A stretch of DNA of 64,000 nucleotides from Lepidodermella squamata (lineage: Eukaryota > Animalia > Gastrotricha): contig JBLDXI010000017.1 of assembly GCA_047495785.1 (NCBI GenBank), forward strand, positions 2,666,001 through 2,730,000, given 5' to 3'. Below the pieces are notes generated by a model that saw nothing but the letters and a program-made list of their open reading frames with translations, did no database searches and was not told the DNA's origin. The position numbers and the translations under genes are program-made. Every line of letters begins with the position of its first letter. Positions within the stretch are counted from its first letter, which is position 1. This document shows, in pieces, positions 1-14,518 of this stretch.

Positions 1-3000
1 TTGGAGTGGCCGCTATCGGCAGCGCGGTACAACGGGCTAGGTTGCGCATCGAGTTTCGCGCCTTGCGAGATCAGGTACTCAATCACTGATACACTTCTGC
101 CATGAGTGGCTGCCACGCAAAGCGGCGAGCATCGCAAAGCATTTCCAAGGTCCAGAAGGTTTCGATTTCGCGAAAGTAAATATTTCAGAATATCGACATG
201 TCCAAAAGCCGCTGTAAAATTTAAGCAAAGCCATTAAAGGGTGGGTGTGCGAGCGTAGCAGAAAAGTGAGTTGCGCTGCAGAGTGAACGTAGCAATAATC
301 GAAATAGTGTAGCAAGAGCGCGTGTTAAGTAGCACTTAAACGTAATCCGCCGCACTTTCGGCTATTCCGCTGCGCAAACGCGTGTTATGACGCAGCAGGT
401 AGTGCGACGGTCGCAGAAAAGTGGGTGAATGTAGCAAATTTTATTAATATACAAATTTATACCGGGGAACGGTACAATTTTGACAACAAACAGGTACAAC
501 TTTGTAAAAAATTCCAGAAAATCAATTTAGGTGAATTTTTTCCAAATTTTACACCGTTAGAACCCCCTTATCCGAACGGTGCTAGAATTTTTAAAAAATT
601 TTGGAAATTTTGGAAAAATTCTAGAATTATCTACATGAGACAGGCCTCATCGAAGTACCATTTGAAAATCGGTGAAGAAGTCTTTCAACGTAATTTTTTG
701 AGTTGTCAAAATTGTACCTCAAAATCGCTGATTTGCAGGTAATTTACCTGGAACTGGCTCTTTAAAATGTACTTCTCGCACCTCAATAATTACTGGCTAA
801 ACGCCAGCTTCATTTTGGTACGAAAAATTCTATCTAAAACCGCCAAGGTGAAAAGATCCAGAGGGGTGAGGTTCAATTCCAAAAATCAACAGTCAATAAT
901 CAGATATAATCAGATCGATTCTAGTGATCAATCGAGGGGAAATTAAAGCCACAAAAATCATAAAAAAGCATTTAGTCCGAACTGAAGTCACACGTAGCAA
1001 TAGACAGTGGTAGAAGGCAAGCGACGTCAGCCCCACTTGCCTCTGCATGCGGCCCGCCGCCCTTCGTAACGCGCGCCATAGGTAGTCCGCCTCCTCTCAG
1101 CGCCAGTTCCACCGCCTCTCGCACCTACGCACCTACGCGCGCGCTTGAATTCTAAGTTTTGCGCACCTGAGCAGCGCGGTTAAAATTGACTTATTTTATT
1201 TAGGTTAATTATAACCCTTTTATTACATAGCCGCGCGAGCGGGATAAATTTTATTACTTCTGCCATCACTTCACCGTTTTATTCCACTTATCACATTATA
1301 AAATTCGTGTTGAAAATTCAATTAATTGGTAATTAAAACAGTGCTTTGGATTAGATTAGATTTGATTTGACTTGATTTAATTTTCAAAGCCGCTCCGATT
1401 TGTGAAAACCTCTTTAAAAAAGGGACATTGATTGATGTTGATCGATTGATATCAAAGGGTTACATTCGAATAATTTAGCGGTTTTTATACCAAAATAAAA
1501 TTCATTTGATTCTCTATCGATTGAATATGGGGTTGCAGTTGCCGGTACCTTGGCCGAAGCAACCCGCCAACAACCGCAGCGCGTCGCGAAAAAACAACTT
1601 AAATTTTGAAATTTTTCGATCAACCTTTGACGAATATCGACATAAAATTAAATGTAAATTAAATGTAATTGAGGCGTTTTCGGTTTGCTACGTTCACTCA
1701 GCTTTTTGCTACAATACCTCAGATATGCTACGTAACACCGTGTGGTGCTACATTCACTCAGTTTTACGAACATTTAGGTAATTCGTTACGCAACACACTT
1801 TTCTGCTACGCTCACTCAGGTTTATGCAGCGCTCGCCATTAAATCTATCGAAAATTGTAAGATTTAATGTAAACGGACACAAAAAAGTGCATAACTTGCG
1901 ATAAAAATTGCATTTTTGGCCAAAATGGCCAGCATGAGTGCGATGTAAAAAAGAGACAAAATAGTAGGGGATAAACTTATACCCGCCAAGTGGAAAGCTG
2001 TGTTCCTGTGTAATTGAGCACCGCTTTGAGCAGTCACATTTGCGCCGTTTTCAACCAAAATTCGTACAGTAGACAGATGACCTGCGACTACGGCAACCAT
2101 CAACGGGGTCATTTGATCATTTCTACGAGCTTCGATATTCGCTCCCCGACCAATTAACAGCTGCGCAACATCGTCAGCGCCGGCAGAGGCGGAAACCAGA
2201 AGCGGCGTATCTTTCTTCCCATTTTCAGCCTCCAGCTGTCCGATAGGATCCCGGTTCAGGAAAAATTCAACAACTTTTACATGGTTCTTCCGAGCCGCTA
2301 CATGAATAGGCAAGTCAAGCCCGGTTACGTTGTCAAGACTATCACTACACTGACTGACAACATCAGCTCCAGCATCGATCAGTAATTTGACTGTGGGTAA
2401 GTGGCCGTTTGCAGATGCCGAACATAACGAGGATTTACTGTCGCTGATTCGGTCAAAATTCACAGTTTGAATAGATTTCTCTTGTATACCTTGGCCAAGC
2501 TTTGCAGCCGTATCTAAACCACTAGTCGAAACAGTCGTGGTTGAACCGAGCTCTGCAAGCAGCTCAATCAACTCGTCAGGTCCTTTTCGAAAGGAAGCAG
2601 TTACATTACGCGCGTTTTTCGCCTCGAGTAGGCCTTTGTCTCGCTGAACCAAGTAGCGTATTACATCTCTTTTACCTGACAGGGAGCAAATGCTCGGCGT
2701 GTCACACGACAAAACTGCGGCGTGAATGGCTAAATCGCCATCGTCGTTATTGCTTCGCTTTCGAATGTCTGCTCCATGGGAAATGAGCAATTTCACCATT
2801 TCCAAGTTACCCGTGTTAGCGGCAACCATCAACGGGGTCCAGCCCTTGACGCCGAATTTGTCAACCGAAGCATTGAATTCTAGTAGAATTTCAGCAATTT
2901 CCATGCGCCCGACTAACGCTGCTTGAAAAAGAGGAGTAGCACCCAAGTTATTCGCGTAATCAACACAATCCGGCCTCAATTGCAGCAAACATTTCAACAC

Positions 3001-6000
3001 TTCGGTTTGATTGGTCAAAGTAGCCAGATGAACCGCTGCTTGGCCCCTCACGTCCGTAGTTTTGGCGAATACATCAACGTCTTTGAGCGATAACAAGAAT
3101 CTGACTGTTTCAATGTGGCCGTTAATGGTTGCTACCATCAGTGGTGTATAGCCAGGTATTTTCTGGCTGTTGGCTCCGCTTGATTTTTCGGCTTGAGCCG
3201 ATAGCAAACGTTTCGCTACTTTCGCCAAATATTTTACAACATTGACTTGGCCATTAGCTGCGGCTAGATGCATGATTGTTTCTTCCTTTTCTTCAGATGC
3301 TTTTTTATCACCAAGTTTTGCGCCTGCTCTTCGCAAAGATTTCACAACGGACAGATGCCCATTAGCAGCGGCTGAAATAAAAATAAAATAAAAATTAGAG
3401 CGACTCATTTCACGATTAATCTTTGCAAATCGGCGGAAACCAGCAGATAACGAAATTTTAAAGAACTGGGAGGAACCTAATTTCCCCGGCTTTTTGGGAA
3501 AATTCCAGTACATTTACAGAAATTTACATAAATTACCGCTAAAATTCTACTCAGTTTTCAATATGATGGCTGCTCATCATTACTCAAACAGCGCGGCTCG
3601 AAAACGACATTTGAAAAAATGACACTTGAGCAATGTTTGGGTTTGGTGCCAACCTTTGAAATTTGATTCCTTTTCATGAATTCTTCGGATGAGGAGGGTT
3701 TACTAAATATTTTGGTTTGCCCCGCCTTCTTCTAAACTCGAAACGGTAGAGACGCCCAATCGCAAGGAAAAAATTGCTTAATTCTCAAATTATGGATATC
3801 CGAAAAATGTAAACAAATCGGCGCAAAATTACCTGCTGCGATCGGAGTCCGGCCATGTGGGCCACGCGCTTCAATATTGGGACGGTAACCCAGCAAAACT
3901 CGAACTAATCGCGCCTTCCCGTGGTTAGCAGCCGTCCAAAGCAAAGAGCCCGTGTCCGAATCAGAGTCCAGCAGTTCAGGGTTTTCTCTCAAAAAATCGC
4001 GAATAACTTTTATTCTACCGCGAGAGGCAGCCAGTTGTAGCGGGGTGAAGCCAGAATCCGACCTAGCAACAAGACTAGCGCCAGTTTTGAACAGCAATAT
4101 CGCAACTTCGCTGCCAGCATCACCAACAACAGAAGCGTGAAGCGGCGTCCAACCGTTTTGGTCAGCCAAGTCTAGACTAGAATTCGACTTCGATGTAATA
4201 AATTTGACCACTTCCAGTTGACCACCGAATGCGGCTTTCCACAGAGGTGTTTCACCCAACGAGTTCCGTTGGTTGAGATAAGCCAGCCCTCCCGCCTTTT
4301 CCAATCTAGATAGCGCTTCTGTGTGACCAAGCATTGCTGCAATATGAATCGCAGTGTTACCTTCCTTGCCAACAGAAGCTTCCAAATCGGCAGAATTTCG
4401 CACCAAGATATCAATAACTATGGCGCGATTCCGAGCAGCAGCTGCCATCAGCGGAGTCCACCCGGAATTACATGTTTCATCTGGCGAAGCTCCAAGTCTC
4501 AACAACAATTCCGCAGATTCAGCTGATCCCTGGTATGCTGCCATCCATAGCGGTGTTTCGCCATTCGCATTTTTCGCCTCAAGCAAAGTTGGCGCTTCAT
4601 TTTGCAGAAATGACACCATTTCAGCTGAATCGCTGGCTACAGCCAAATGCATCAAGGTTTGTCGGCCATGTCTAGCCGTAGTTTTAATCAAAGGGTCGAT
4701 CCCAATCGCTAGAACTTGAGAAACCGCCTCAGTTTTACCCGACAGAACCGCAGCATGTATCGGCGACAGTCCATCGTGATTTTGCGCATTCAACGAAGCG
4801 CCTTTTTCGATGAGAAAATTCATGACATCGAGACGGCCGATTTTGGCCGCTTTCCATAACGCAGTTTCTCCAAAAGCATTTCTCGCCTCTAACAACGAAC
4901 CATTTTTACTGAGAAAATGCTCTAGCATCGTAATTTGGCCATAAACTACGGCGACGTGAACTTCGCGATCTCTAGCTGACGTATCAGTCGTTTGATCCAC
5001 GTCAATATCGGGATCATTTTTTAGAAATTTTACAATATAAAAATTGTTGAAAGCAACAGCAGCTAGATAAGGAGTTAATCCTTCAGAATCGGTCAGGGTC
5101 CAATCGGCATCTTCCATCAGCAAAACTTCCACAACAGGCAAGTGGCCGAGACGTGCTGCGAGCCATAACGCAGTTCGATTGAGAAAGTTACGTTCATCCA
5201 AGAAATCGCGATTTGGACTGATCTCGACTAAATATCGGACCAGTTCGACAAAGCCACTTCTTGCAGCGAGGTGAAGCGCCGTGTTTTTCCTTTCGTCTTT
5301 GTGTGAAGATAATTCAGCTCGGGCTTGATACAGTGCTTTCACAATTTCTGTTTTATTATTCGCTGATGCTGCTAGAAGAGGCGTCCAGCCCGATGGGCCT
5401 CTGAAATCCAGCCTGTCTCGGTGATTAATGCAAGATTTGACGATATTCAAGTGACCACTGTAAGCAGCCAGCCAAAGTGAGGTGGCGTTACCCTCATTCG
5501 GCAAATCCCCGGTACCTGGACTCGCATCCCGCAGCAATTCAAAAGCTTCAAGATTGCCATGAATAGCCGCTTTGTGAATGGGCATATCCTTACAAGTAAT
5601 TTCTCTCGCAGGACTGCAAGTACCAGTCGATTTCGCGTTTACATTCGCTCGATTTCGAAGAAGAATTCGGAGGGTTGAAACTTTCCCAAGAGCTGCGGCT
5701 GCATGTAGGGGCGTCTCGCCAGCCTCATTCACCACGTTTAGTTTTGCGCCCTTAGCTATCAGAAAATTCAAGACTCGATCATTACCCGAAGCAGCTGCTC
5801 GGAATAAAGGAGTTTCCCCTCTTGAATCCTGCATTTCCAACAAAGACTGTTCTTCTTCAATGAAAAGCTGAACGAGCGCAATACTACCAATATTGACAGC
5901 TTCATGAATCGAAATTTTCTGGTTCGTTCTATCCGCGGGTAAAACTTTGTAAACAGCCAAGTGTTCGTTTTTCAAGGCGATTTTAACCGCGTCGAAAGCG

Positions 6001-9000
6001 TTTACATTAGCAATTGCCGCATCAGCTTTTCGACTTAAAAGAAACTCAACAGCTTCGACATGCCCAGCAGATGCAGCTTTCCAGAGAGGCGTTTCGCCAT
6101 TCGAATTCACCTCATTTATATCGTCGAAAGAATCGATCAGTAGTTTGAGCAAACTGACATGGTTATGCAGAGCCGCGTAGTGAAGGGCCGTGTTACCATC
6201 CAGCGATTTCGCTTGAACCAACTTTTTATTTCCAATAAAATTTTCCACGATTGATATCCGGTTACGAACTACAGCCGCTTGAAAGGGCGTCAGGTTTTGA
6301 TAACAAGCTGTAGTCACGTCACTATCCTCAATCAATTTCGTCGCGAATTCGATATCGCCCATGTACATCGCCAGCCATAACGGCGTTTCTCCATAGCCAT
6401 TTCTCGCCTTAACAAGGCTAGGGTTCAAACTAAGCGTGTTTAAGCGATTTTCCGAGCCGTATTTGATGGCTAAATGAAGAGCACTTAGCTCGCCATCGTG
6501 AATTTTGGTTTTAGCCTGTTTGATACCCTCCCCATGATGTTGAATAAGATTTTCCAGCGAGCCCTTGTCCCCGCTGATTGCAGCAGCCAAGTATGGAGTA
6601 ACGCCGTTCGAATCGCTGAATTGCAACAGATCCGCAGGTGTTTCATTGAGAAAAAGGCTAACAGCGTCGGTTTTACCATTTCGAGCCGCAATTACCAGCG
6701 CAGTCGCATTGCTGCATGTTAATTCGTCATATTGAGCAAAATTATCTTTAATTAAATCTGAGATGACAAGAGTGCGACCACTTTCAGCCGCCAAGTGTAG
6801 GGCAGTTTTGCAATCGCTCGCTTGATTGCTTCTCGCGTGAATATCAGCCCCATTCTCGCGTAAAAATGTCAGCATTGAGGATATTCCGAGCTTCGCCGCT
6901 AATAAATACGGGGTTAAACCTTCGTCATTCCTAACATCGATCGGCAAACCGCGTTCTATCAACCTGGAAATTGCGAACTTGTAAGCAACCCGAACCGCAG
7001 CATGTAGAGGGGTGTCTCCTATACGATTAGTTGAATTGATCAATTCAGGCGCCGAATCCAGTATTAGGTCAAACAACTTATCGTTGCGAGCAGCGGTAGC
7101 AAGGTGCAACGCGGTGCCGCCATAGGCGCGAATCCACCTTAATGAGGTGATTTCAAATCCATCTTCGAGCATATGTTTAACATTTTTCAAGTCACCCTTC
7201 CTCAACTTTTCCAAAAATTCATCATTTTCCTGCACATTCAAGTTGAGGTTATTCAGGACTTTGGATTTCGCCTTATTCCCTTCAAAATCGACCTGGTGTA
7301 ACAAATCAGGCTCAGTATTGATAACATGTCTCGCAATTTCCATGCAATTTGATTCGGCAGCAATGTGTAAGATGTTAAAATCCATCTCAACGGGCCCAGT
7401 GCATCTCGCAAAAATATCGGCGCCGTGTTTCAACAAATATAGGACAAGCGGCGGGTGGCAAATCGCGGCAGCCTCGAGTAAAGGCGTTCGTCCAGTATTA
7501 GCGCGAACCTCAAGCGAAGCGCCAGCTCGAACTAGCAACTTAGCGATAGCAATATGCCGGTTTGCTACAGCTTCATACAAGACGGATCTGCCGTTTGACC
7601 TGGATTCGATATTTGCTCCGTTGTTGATTAAGAATAACGCGACTTTCACACTGCCGATGGATACGGCTAGAAAAAGTGGAGTTTCGCCGCGGCCATTTAC
7701 CTCGTCCAGATATGAAGATTGCATCAAGAGAATGCTAAGTGCCTTGGTTGATTTCCCGCGAACTAGAAAAAACGAAAGAATAGAATAAAAGGTGAAATTG
7801 CAATTTTCAAAAGACAGATTATCAGAGCATCAGTTCTGATATTTTTAACATGACTTTACCTGCTATGTGAAAAGCCGTTTCCTGGCTCTGTGCAGCTTTC
7901 AACCCAGCGTCGGCTCCATTTCGAAGCAAAATACGCATAACTCCAAGGTGATTAAATTTTGTAGCCAGCATCAGTGGAGTCAGTGATTCGCCGCATCTCA
8001 CATCCTTCTCTGCTTCTTTCCAGCACAGGAAATGAGCTATCTCAGCAAATCCCAACTGTGCGGCCAGGCACAAAGCCGTTGAGCCTTGTTCGTTGGTTAG
8101 TTCAAGCTGGCTTTGGCTGCTATTTCCGCTCAGCAAAGCCGTCAAAACTTTCAATTTACCCGAGCGAACAGCCAAATGAATAGCATAATCCGAAGAATTA
8201 TCCGATTTCGTTAAAACATTCGCGCCTTTTTTCACCAGAACGGCAACCAAATCAGGCCACCCAGACAAAGCAGCGATTTGCAACGGAGTCATCCCGGTCA
8301 TATCAGGGATCTCCAGATCAGATATCCGTTTGCTCAATAAAATTTTGGCGATTTCGTACCGCCCTAATTTAGCTGCCAGCCACAGCGGTGTTTCATCTCT
8401 GTCATTTCTCGTAATTTCTTCAACTTTAGATGATAGAAGATCAACCAGCCTGGTATGTCCCGATTTTACCGCCAGGTGAATTGGCGTGTCTCCATTTGCT
8501 AGATCTCTTGCGTTAACATCCGCTCCTCGGTCGATCAACATTTCAGCGATTTTCAGCATATTTGTGTTACTCGCAACCATCAGGGGAGTTCGACCCCTAA
8601 TATTTCTAGCTTCAATTTCGACGCCTTGTTCTAAGAGATAGTCAACAATTTCTGACGAATTCGCTCGAACTGCGATGAAAATCGGCGTCTCTAATTTCTT
8701 ATCACGGGCTTCGAGATGCTCAAATCTCTGATCTAGAATAACTTTAACCAACTCCAAATGGCGGTAAGTTATCGCAGAGTGAATGGCTATGGCTCCACCG
8801 TCCTCTGGAACAGTGCTCCGTTCATCCAAGTCGACACCTTTGGAAATTAAAAGCTGCAGAGCTGGCACACTTCCGGATTTTATGACCCATTGTAGCGGCG
8901 TCCGCCCAGTTACATCGCGTTTATTCAGATCAACTTTCCCACTGATTATCAAAGTTTCCATAGAAGCGGTTTGACTGGCGTTCGCAGCGGCTGTGAATGG

Positions 9001-12000
9001 TGTATGTGATTGGTTATTCGCAATAGTTGCATCAGCACCTCTCTTCAGCAAAGTTTTCACAGCCGATACATGACCCGACTTGGCAGCTTTGAACAACGCT
9101 GTTTCCCCAGATATATCTTGCGAGTCCAGAAGACTTGGTTGTAGATCAAGAAGCAAATCTGTGACTTCGGCCCGGCCATGCCGCGCAGCCAGATGTAAAG
9201 CATTTTCAGCTGATTTTGGATCAACAATCAAGCTGGCCCCGTGATCAATCAGAGCGCGGATTGTCGACAGCCGGTTTTGAACAATGGCGACAGCTAGAGG
9301 GGTCTGATTCGACTCTCCAACAACGTCAACGTCAGCTTTAGCTTTAGCTGACAAGAACAATTTTACGATTTCGGTATGGCCATAGTAAGAGGCCAACCAC
9401 AAAGGTGAGTTGCCCTTTTTATTCAAAGTTTGTACTAGTTTCCGATCGTAATCGATAAGAACGACAACTACGCCCGAGCAATTGTTGATAACAGCAAGAT
9501 GCAGAGCGTTATTTCCGTCGTTTTCCGAGTTGCTATAGGCAGACGCATTGGCATAACCTGTTTTCAGCAGGGATTGAACTATTTCAGAATGACATTTCGA
9601 ACTGGCTGCTAACAGAGGAGTCCAGCCAAAACGCCCCGAGCTGTCTACGATAGGTCGATACGAGAGAAGAAATTGAACGCTCGAAAATTGTCCGGAATGA
9701 GCAGCAATCCATAGCGGCGAGTTTCCATATCGATCATGAGCTTCGATTAGACCAGCTTTAACTGAGAGTAAAAACTTGAGGCTATTAATTTTGCCCAAGG
9801 CTGAAGCTGTGTGGCTAGCCATTTGCCCTTCACTATTTGATTGAACTGTGATGATCTCTGGGTCATGCTCAAGGAGCAGTTCCATCGCTTTGACGTGATC
9901 TCGCGAGGCAGCTGCAAGATAAAGTTGGATCTCAAGTATCAAAAAATGACGAAATCCTCACCTGCATGAAAAGGCGACCATGAATTAAGGCCTAAGCACC
10001 GGGTATTCGCTTTCATCCGCAGCAAATGAGAAATCACAGAAATTCGATTTTCAGCCGCGGCTCGCCATAAGGGCGTGTTGTTGTAAGCATCTCTGTACTC
10101 TAAACCTGCTAAATTTTGCCGGACGTAATAATCAACAACTTCTGTGTATCCGGACGAAGCAGCCAGGTGAATTGGAGCACTGAGATCGGAGGAGCATCGA
10201 ACATCTGACGAAAATCCATTCTTCGCTAACAGTTTAACTACAAGCAAGTGGCCGTTGAAAGAGGCTGCGTGAAGAGCATTCCAACCAAAACGGCCAATAA
10301 CGTCGGTTGAAACTTGCTTCTTGTTCAGGAAGAAACTTACAGCATCCCTTGACCCGCCGTAAGACGCGAGCCAAAACGCAGTTTCATTGAACTTATTACC
10401 AGCCTCGAGACTAAATTGCCACTTTATGAATAAGCGCAACATTTCAAGTTGACCGAACAATCCAGCATAATGTATTGGAGTATTTCTTTGATCATCTGCG
10501 AATTTTACTAATACTCTGTCGTTTTGGAGCAGCCTTTGAGCAACTTTCACTCGGTTATACATAGCAGCTACTGCCAAGGGTGATAGGCCAGAGCTGCATG
10601 TTTCGTTATAATTAGCACCTAGTTCGATCAGCGTTTGAATGACTGCTACGTTGCCGAGCTGAGAAGCCCTCCAAAGAGCTGTTTCGCCGTTGTCATTTCT
10701 CGATTCCAACAGTGATCTATCCATTTTGATCAACTCTTGTAAAATATCAATTTGCATATAAATGGCAGCCAAGTGAAGAGCCGAGTTTCCGCCATCGATA
10801 TTATGGCTTTTGGCGTTTATATCAGCGCCTCTTTCAGCTAAAAACTTTAGCGACTTCTTTTGGCCTTTAGCGCAGGAAGATAGCAACGGAGTCCAGCCCA
10901 ACGTATTTCGCATCTCCAACAGTTCAGGGCTCTTCGCTAATAAAACGCTCACCGCTTCCATATGCCCATTATTTACAGCTAGATGAATTGCAGTGTTTCC
11001 ATTATCAGCCGGGCAACTTCTGGCGATTATACTAGCCATTCTCTCGATTAACGAAGAAACGGTCCGTGTGTGACCTGATGAAGCAGCCGCAAGTAATGGT
11101 GTCCAGTCGAGGCGGCCAGGAGCTTCGATATCGGCCTCAAACAAATCGATCAGCAATTCCACTATCCTGGTATGGCCATTCAAAGCCGCCAGCCAGAGTG
11201 GAGTAGCATTGTTCGCAGATTTCGCTTCGACTGCATTTAACCGCTTTCGCAGCAAGAATTCGACAACTTTGAAACGACCAAAAGAAGCTGCTAAATGAAT
11301 CGCCTGTTCATCCGCATTACTTCTAACGGAGACATTGGCGCCTCTATCAATCAATTGAGTAACTGAATCCAAACTACCCGAGGCAGAAGCAGCTAGAAAC
11401 GGTGTCCAGCCCTTAATATTGGGTTTCTCCAAGCTGGCCCCACGTTTCAACAGGAAGTCTATTATCTGTGTCTGATTATGTGAAGCAGCTCGAATCAAGG
11501 GTGTGTCTCCAAAAAGGTTCGGCAAATCAACTAATGTTGGATCGTTTTTCAACAAAAATTCAATCGTTTCTTTGTTACCATTATCTGAGGCAATATGAAT
11601 AGCAGAATTACAGCCATCTTCTGAGCTCGAACACGAATTCACACCTACTCCCTGCTTCATTAAAAATTCGATAACGCCGACCTGGTTAGCAGCTGCTGCG
11701 GCCATAAATGGAGTGTACCCTAGGGTACCCTGAGGACTTGCATTTGCGCCTAAGCTCAGCAAATACTCGACCGCTTTAACCTGACCGTTTTCGCTCGCAA
11801 GAAATAACGGAGTATTTTGGTTCTTATTAGCGATTTCAAGTAGACCTCGTTCCCTGGAAATCAGCGTTCTCAGAACTTGAAAATGGCCGAATTTCGCAGC
11901 CAAGTGGGCTGCTGAATTGAAATCGTCGTTAACGGGGTCGCCACGGGCCCAAATAATCTTCGAACCGCCCATATCGATGAGTGCTTCTACAACGTTATTT

Positions 12001-14457
12001 CTACCAGCAGCTGATGCTATCAATAAAGCAGTTCTATTTTTATGGCACAAAGCCTCCAACTTCGGCTTCCGATTCAAGATTACATCGACTACTTTGATAT
12101 GACCCTCAAACGCGGCATGGCACAAGGCTGTATCGCCGTTATAGGGATCAGCAGTTTGATCGACGATGTTCGGATATTTATCTAGTAGGACCTTGGCGAT
12201 ATTGGCAAAACCACGCTTAGCGGCCAGAATTAAAGGTGTAACCCTGCAGCCTTCAAAATCCGACACGGCATCCACGCTAGCTCCCTTTTCAAGTAAGATT
12301 TTAACTACCTCTTCACTATTCCCAAGAACAGCAGCAAATAAAGGAGACTGATTTAGGGAATCACCAACTTCGATTCCTGCTGATTTTGAAATAAGAAAGG
12401 CGACTGAGTCTGCTCGGCCAGCGTAAGCAGCTGTCCAAAGTGCAGTTTGTCCCAGGGCGTTCTTTAAATCTACTTGATCGAAAGACGCGAGAAGCAATCT
12501 CAAAATATCGACGTGCCCGAGCCTGGCGGCGAAATGAATAGAACTGTCGTTATCAAACTCAGCACTGGCCTTTGCGGAGATGTCCGCGCCACGTTTTATA
12601 AGCAATGAAGCTGACTTGCTTTTATTAGCATAGCTAGCGAGCATCAGTGGGGTAAAATCGTTGAAGCATTTCGACTCAATGTCAGCTTTTCGCTCCAACA
12701 GCTTGTCGATAACTTCAATTTGGCTAGACTCGACGGCAACACAAAGAACTGTGTTGTTTTTATTGTTTCGCAAATCTAACAGGTCAGGGTACTTTTCCGC
12801 AAGCAGATTGGCCACGGCAGTCCGGCCATTTATAGCTGAGTAATGAATGGCGCTATTGCCATCGATTGAAGCTCGCAGATTCGCTGTTTTCACCAAAACT
12901 TGTACAGCATCGAGATGCCCATTGATGGATGCAGCGATCAGTGGGGTGAAACCTTGATTGTCAACACTTTCAACATTCGCCTTGAAATTTTTAACCAAAG
13001 ACTCAATCACTGCTGCTTGACCGGAATAAGCTGCGTTTGATAGCGGTGTTCGTCCATTGCTGTCTCTAATTTCTAAATATTCTGGTCGTTCGCTCAGAAG
13101 AAAGTTTAACACCTCCACATGTCCATTCATCGCAGCAACGTGAAAGCAAAGTTGGCCGTTAGAATCACGATAAGAGATACTGGCATTTTTGCTGACAAGG
13201 TACTTGACGCAGTCCAAACGGCCGTTAGCAACAGCCGTAAAAAGTGGAGTTTGACCAAACTTATTTTGAGATTCGAGGTTCGCGCCGTTTTCGACCAACA
13301 CTTTAATCGCGGCTAACTTGCCGAGCCTTGCCGCCGTATCAAGTGGAGTAGATTTATTAGCGTCAAGGCTCTCGATAACTGACTTGTCGTGCTGGATCAT
13401 TGATTCTAGAATAGCAGATCTATCCAGAATCACGGCAAGATGAATAGATTTTTCCAAATCAGCAGCTCCAGACCTTGACTCTACTTTATTTTGCAGCAAT
13501 CGCACAACGTCCCCGCGATCAAAACTGCGAGAAAGTTGAAATTAGACCAAATTTCGAACAAAAATCAAGTGATGCGCTACCTTATTGCAGCTAAAATTGA
13601 ACTCCAACCGTAGGGTCCGTTTTGAGGCGCACTGAATGATTCTTTTTCGATAATGACTTTGACAACATTGTGATAGCCGAGGTAAGATGCGATGAACGAA
13701 GGAGTTTCTCCAATCAAGTTTCGGGATGACAACAATGAATTTGCTTTTTTTGCGATGAATTCCGCGATATCCTGATGACCATAATAGGCCGCCAAATGCA
13801 TAGCACTGTTACCGTGATCCAGCGGGCCACTCAAAGCTGAGATTTTGGCGCCAGCTTCAAATAGTGTGGTCAGTATTGGCAAATGGCCGAATGCACATGC
13901 ATTCAGAAGAGGGGTTCTCCCTAAATGGTTCTTGGATTCCTTATCGGCGCCATGTTCGATTAGAATTCTAACAATACGTTCGCGGCCATAAATTACTGCC
14001 AGATTTAACGGAGAATTTCCGTTTAAATCTTGTTCTTCGAGCAGTGATTTCGTATCAGTTTGGAGCAGTTTCTGGCATATCTCGGTTTGCCCGTAACGTA
14101 TCGCGATATGAAGAACCTGAATAATTAACATCAAGCTAATGAAAGCCGCTCGGAGTAATGAACGATTACTGTTTCGTTATACGCCAAACTCTTCGCAAAT
14201 TTATTTGCGCCCTTTCCGATCAAAAATTCGAAAGTGTCTAGGTTCCCGCTTGCTGCCGCTATCATTAAAGGCGTCTGACCGAATTCACCCAAACTGTCGA
14301 CATTCCAGCCTATTTTCAAGAGTAACTCTATCAGTTCGATTGATCCCTTAGCTGCAGCTTCATATATCGGGGATTTCGTGAAAGCACTAGCCGATTGCGG
14401 CGAAATATTCTGACAATATGTGATTTCGATCAATAAAATCAAAAGCAACAATGGCAT
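1..14457 (-). CDS. Giant signal-peptide-bearing ankyrin-repeat protein (gene A), 3' end beyond window start; >3,990 aa
   Basis: Exons joined at GT-AG sites with consistent phase: 14170-14457, 13581-14116, 9962-13524, 7860-9911, 3833-7762, 1983-3371, 1-211. The last exon reads AAFGHVDILKYLL...SPLYRAADSGH and is absent from the ORF track. N-terminus MPLLLLILLIEITYCQ is followed by almost continuous TPLHxAA-G ankyrin motifs. Confidence 0.9.
239..1834. mobile_element. Non-autonomous DNA transposon, Mutator/MULE-like, inside intron 212-1982 of gene A
   Basis: 9-bp direct repeat GCCATTAAA at 230-238 and 1835-1843. Subterminal inverted repeats: GAGCGTAGCAGAAAAGTGAGTTGCG near 251 versus its near-perfect complement at ~1789-1813. 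Many GTAGCA motifs on the left and TGCTAC motifs on the right. No coding capacity. Confidence 0.75.
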
Positions 14458-14518
14458 GATCTATTCGAATAAATAACAAGAGAAGCGTAACAAAAGCAAC
14501 GAGAACCAGTTTATTTGA

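Noticed and set aside
240-1830. CRISPR-like or tRNA-like repeats
   Set aside because: These are irregular transposon subterminal motifs in a eukaryotic intron. I recognised no CRISPR array, tRNA or rRNA in the window.
7147-7788. Long antisense ORFs over ankyrin, Rpt3 and PLC exons (this one as an example)
   Set aside because: Shadow frames of real coding exons.
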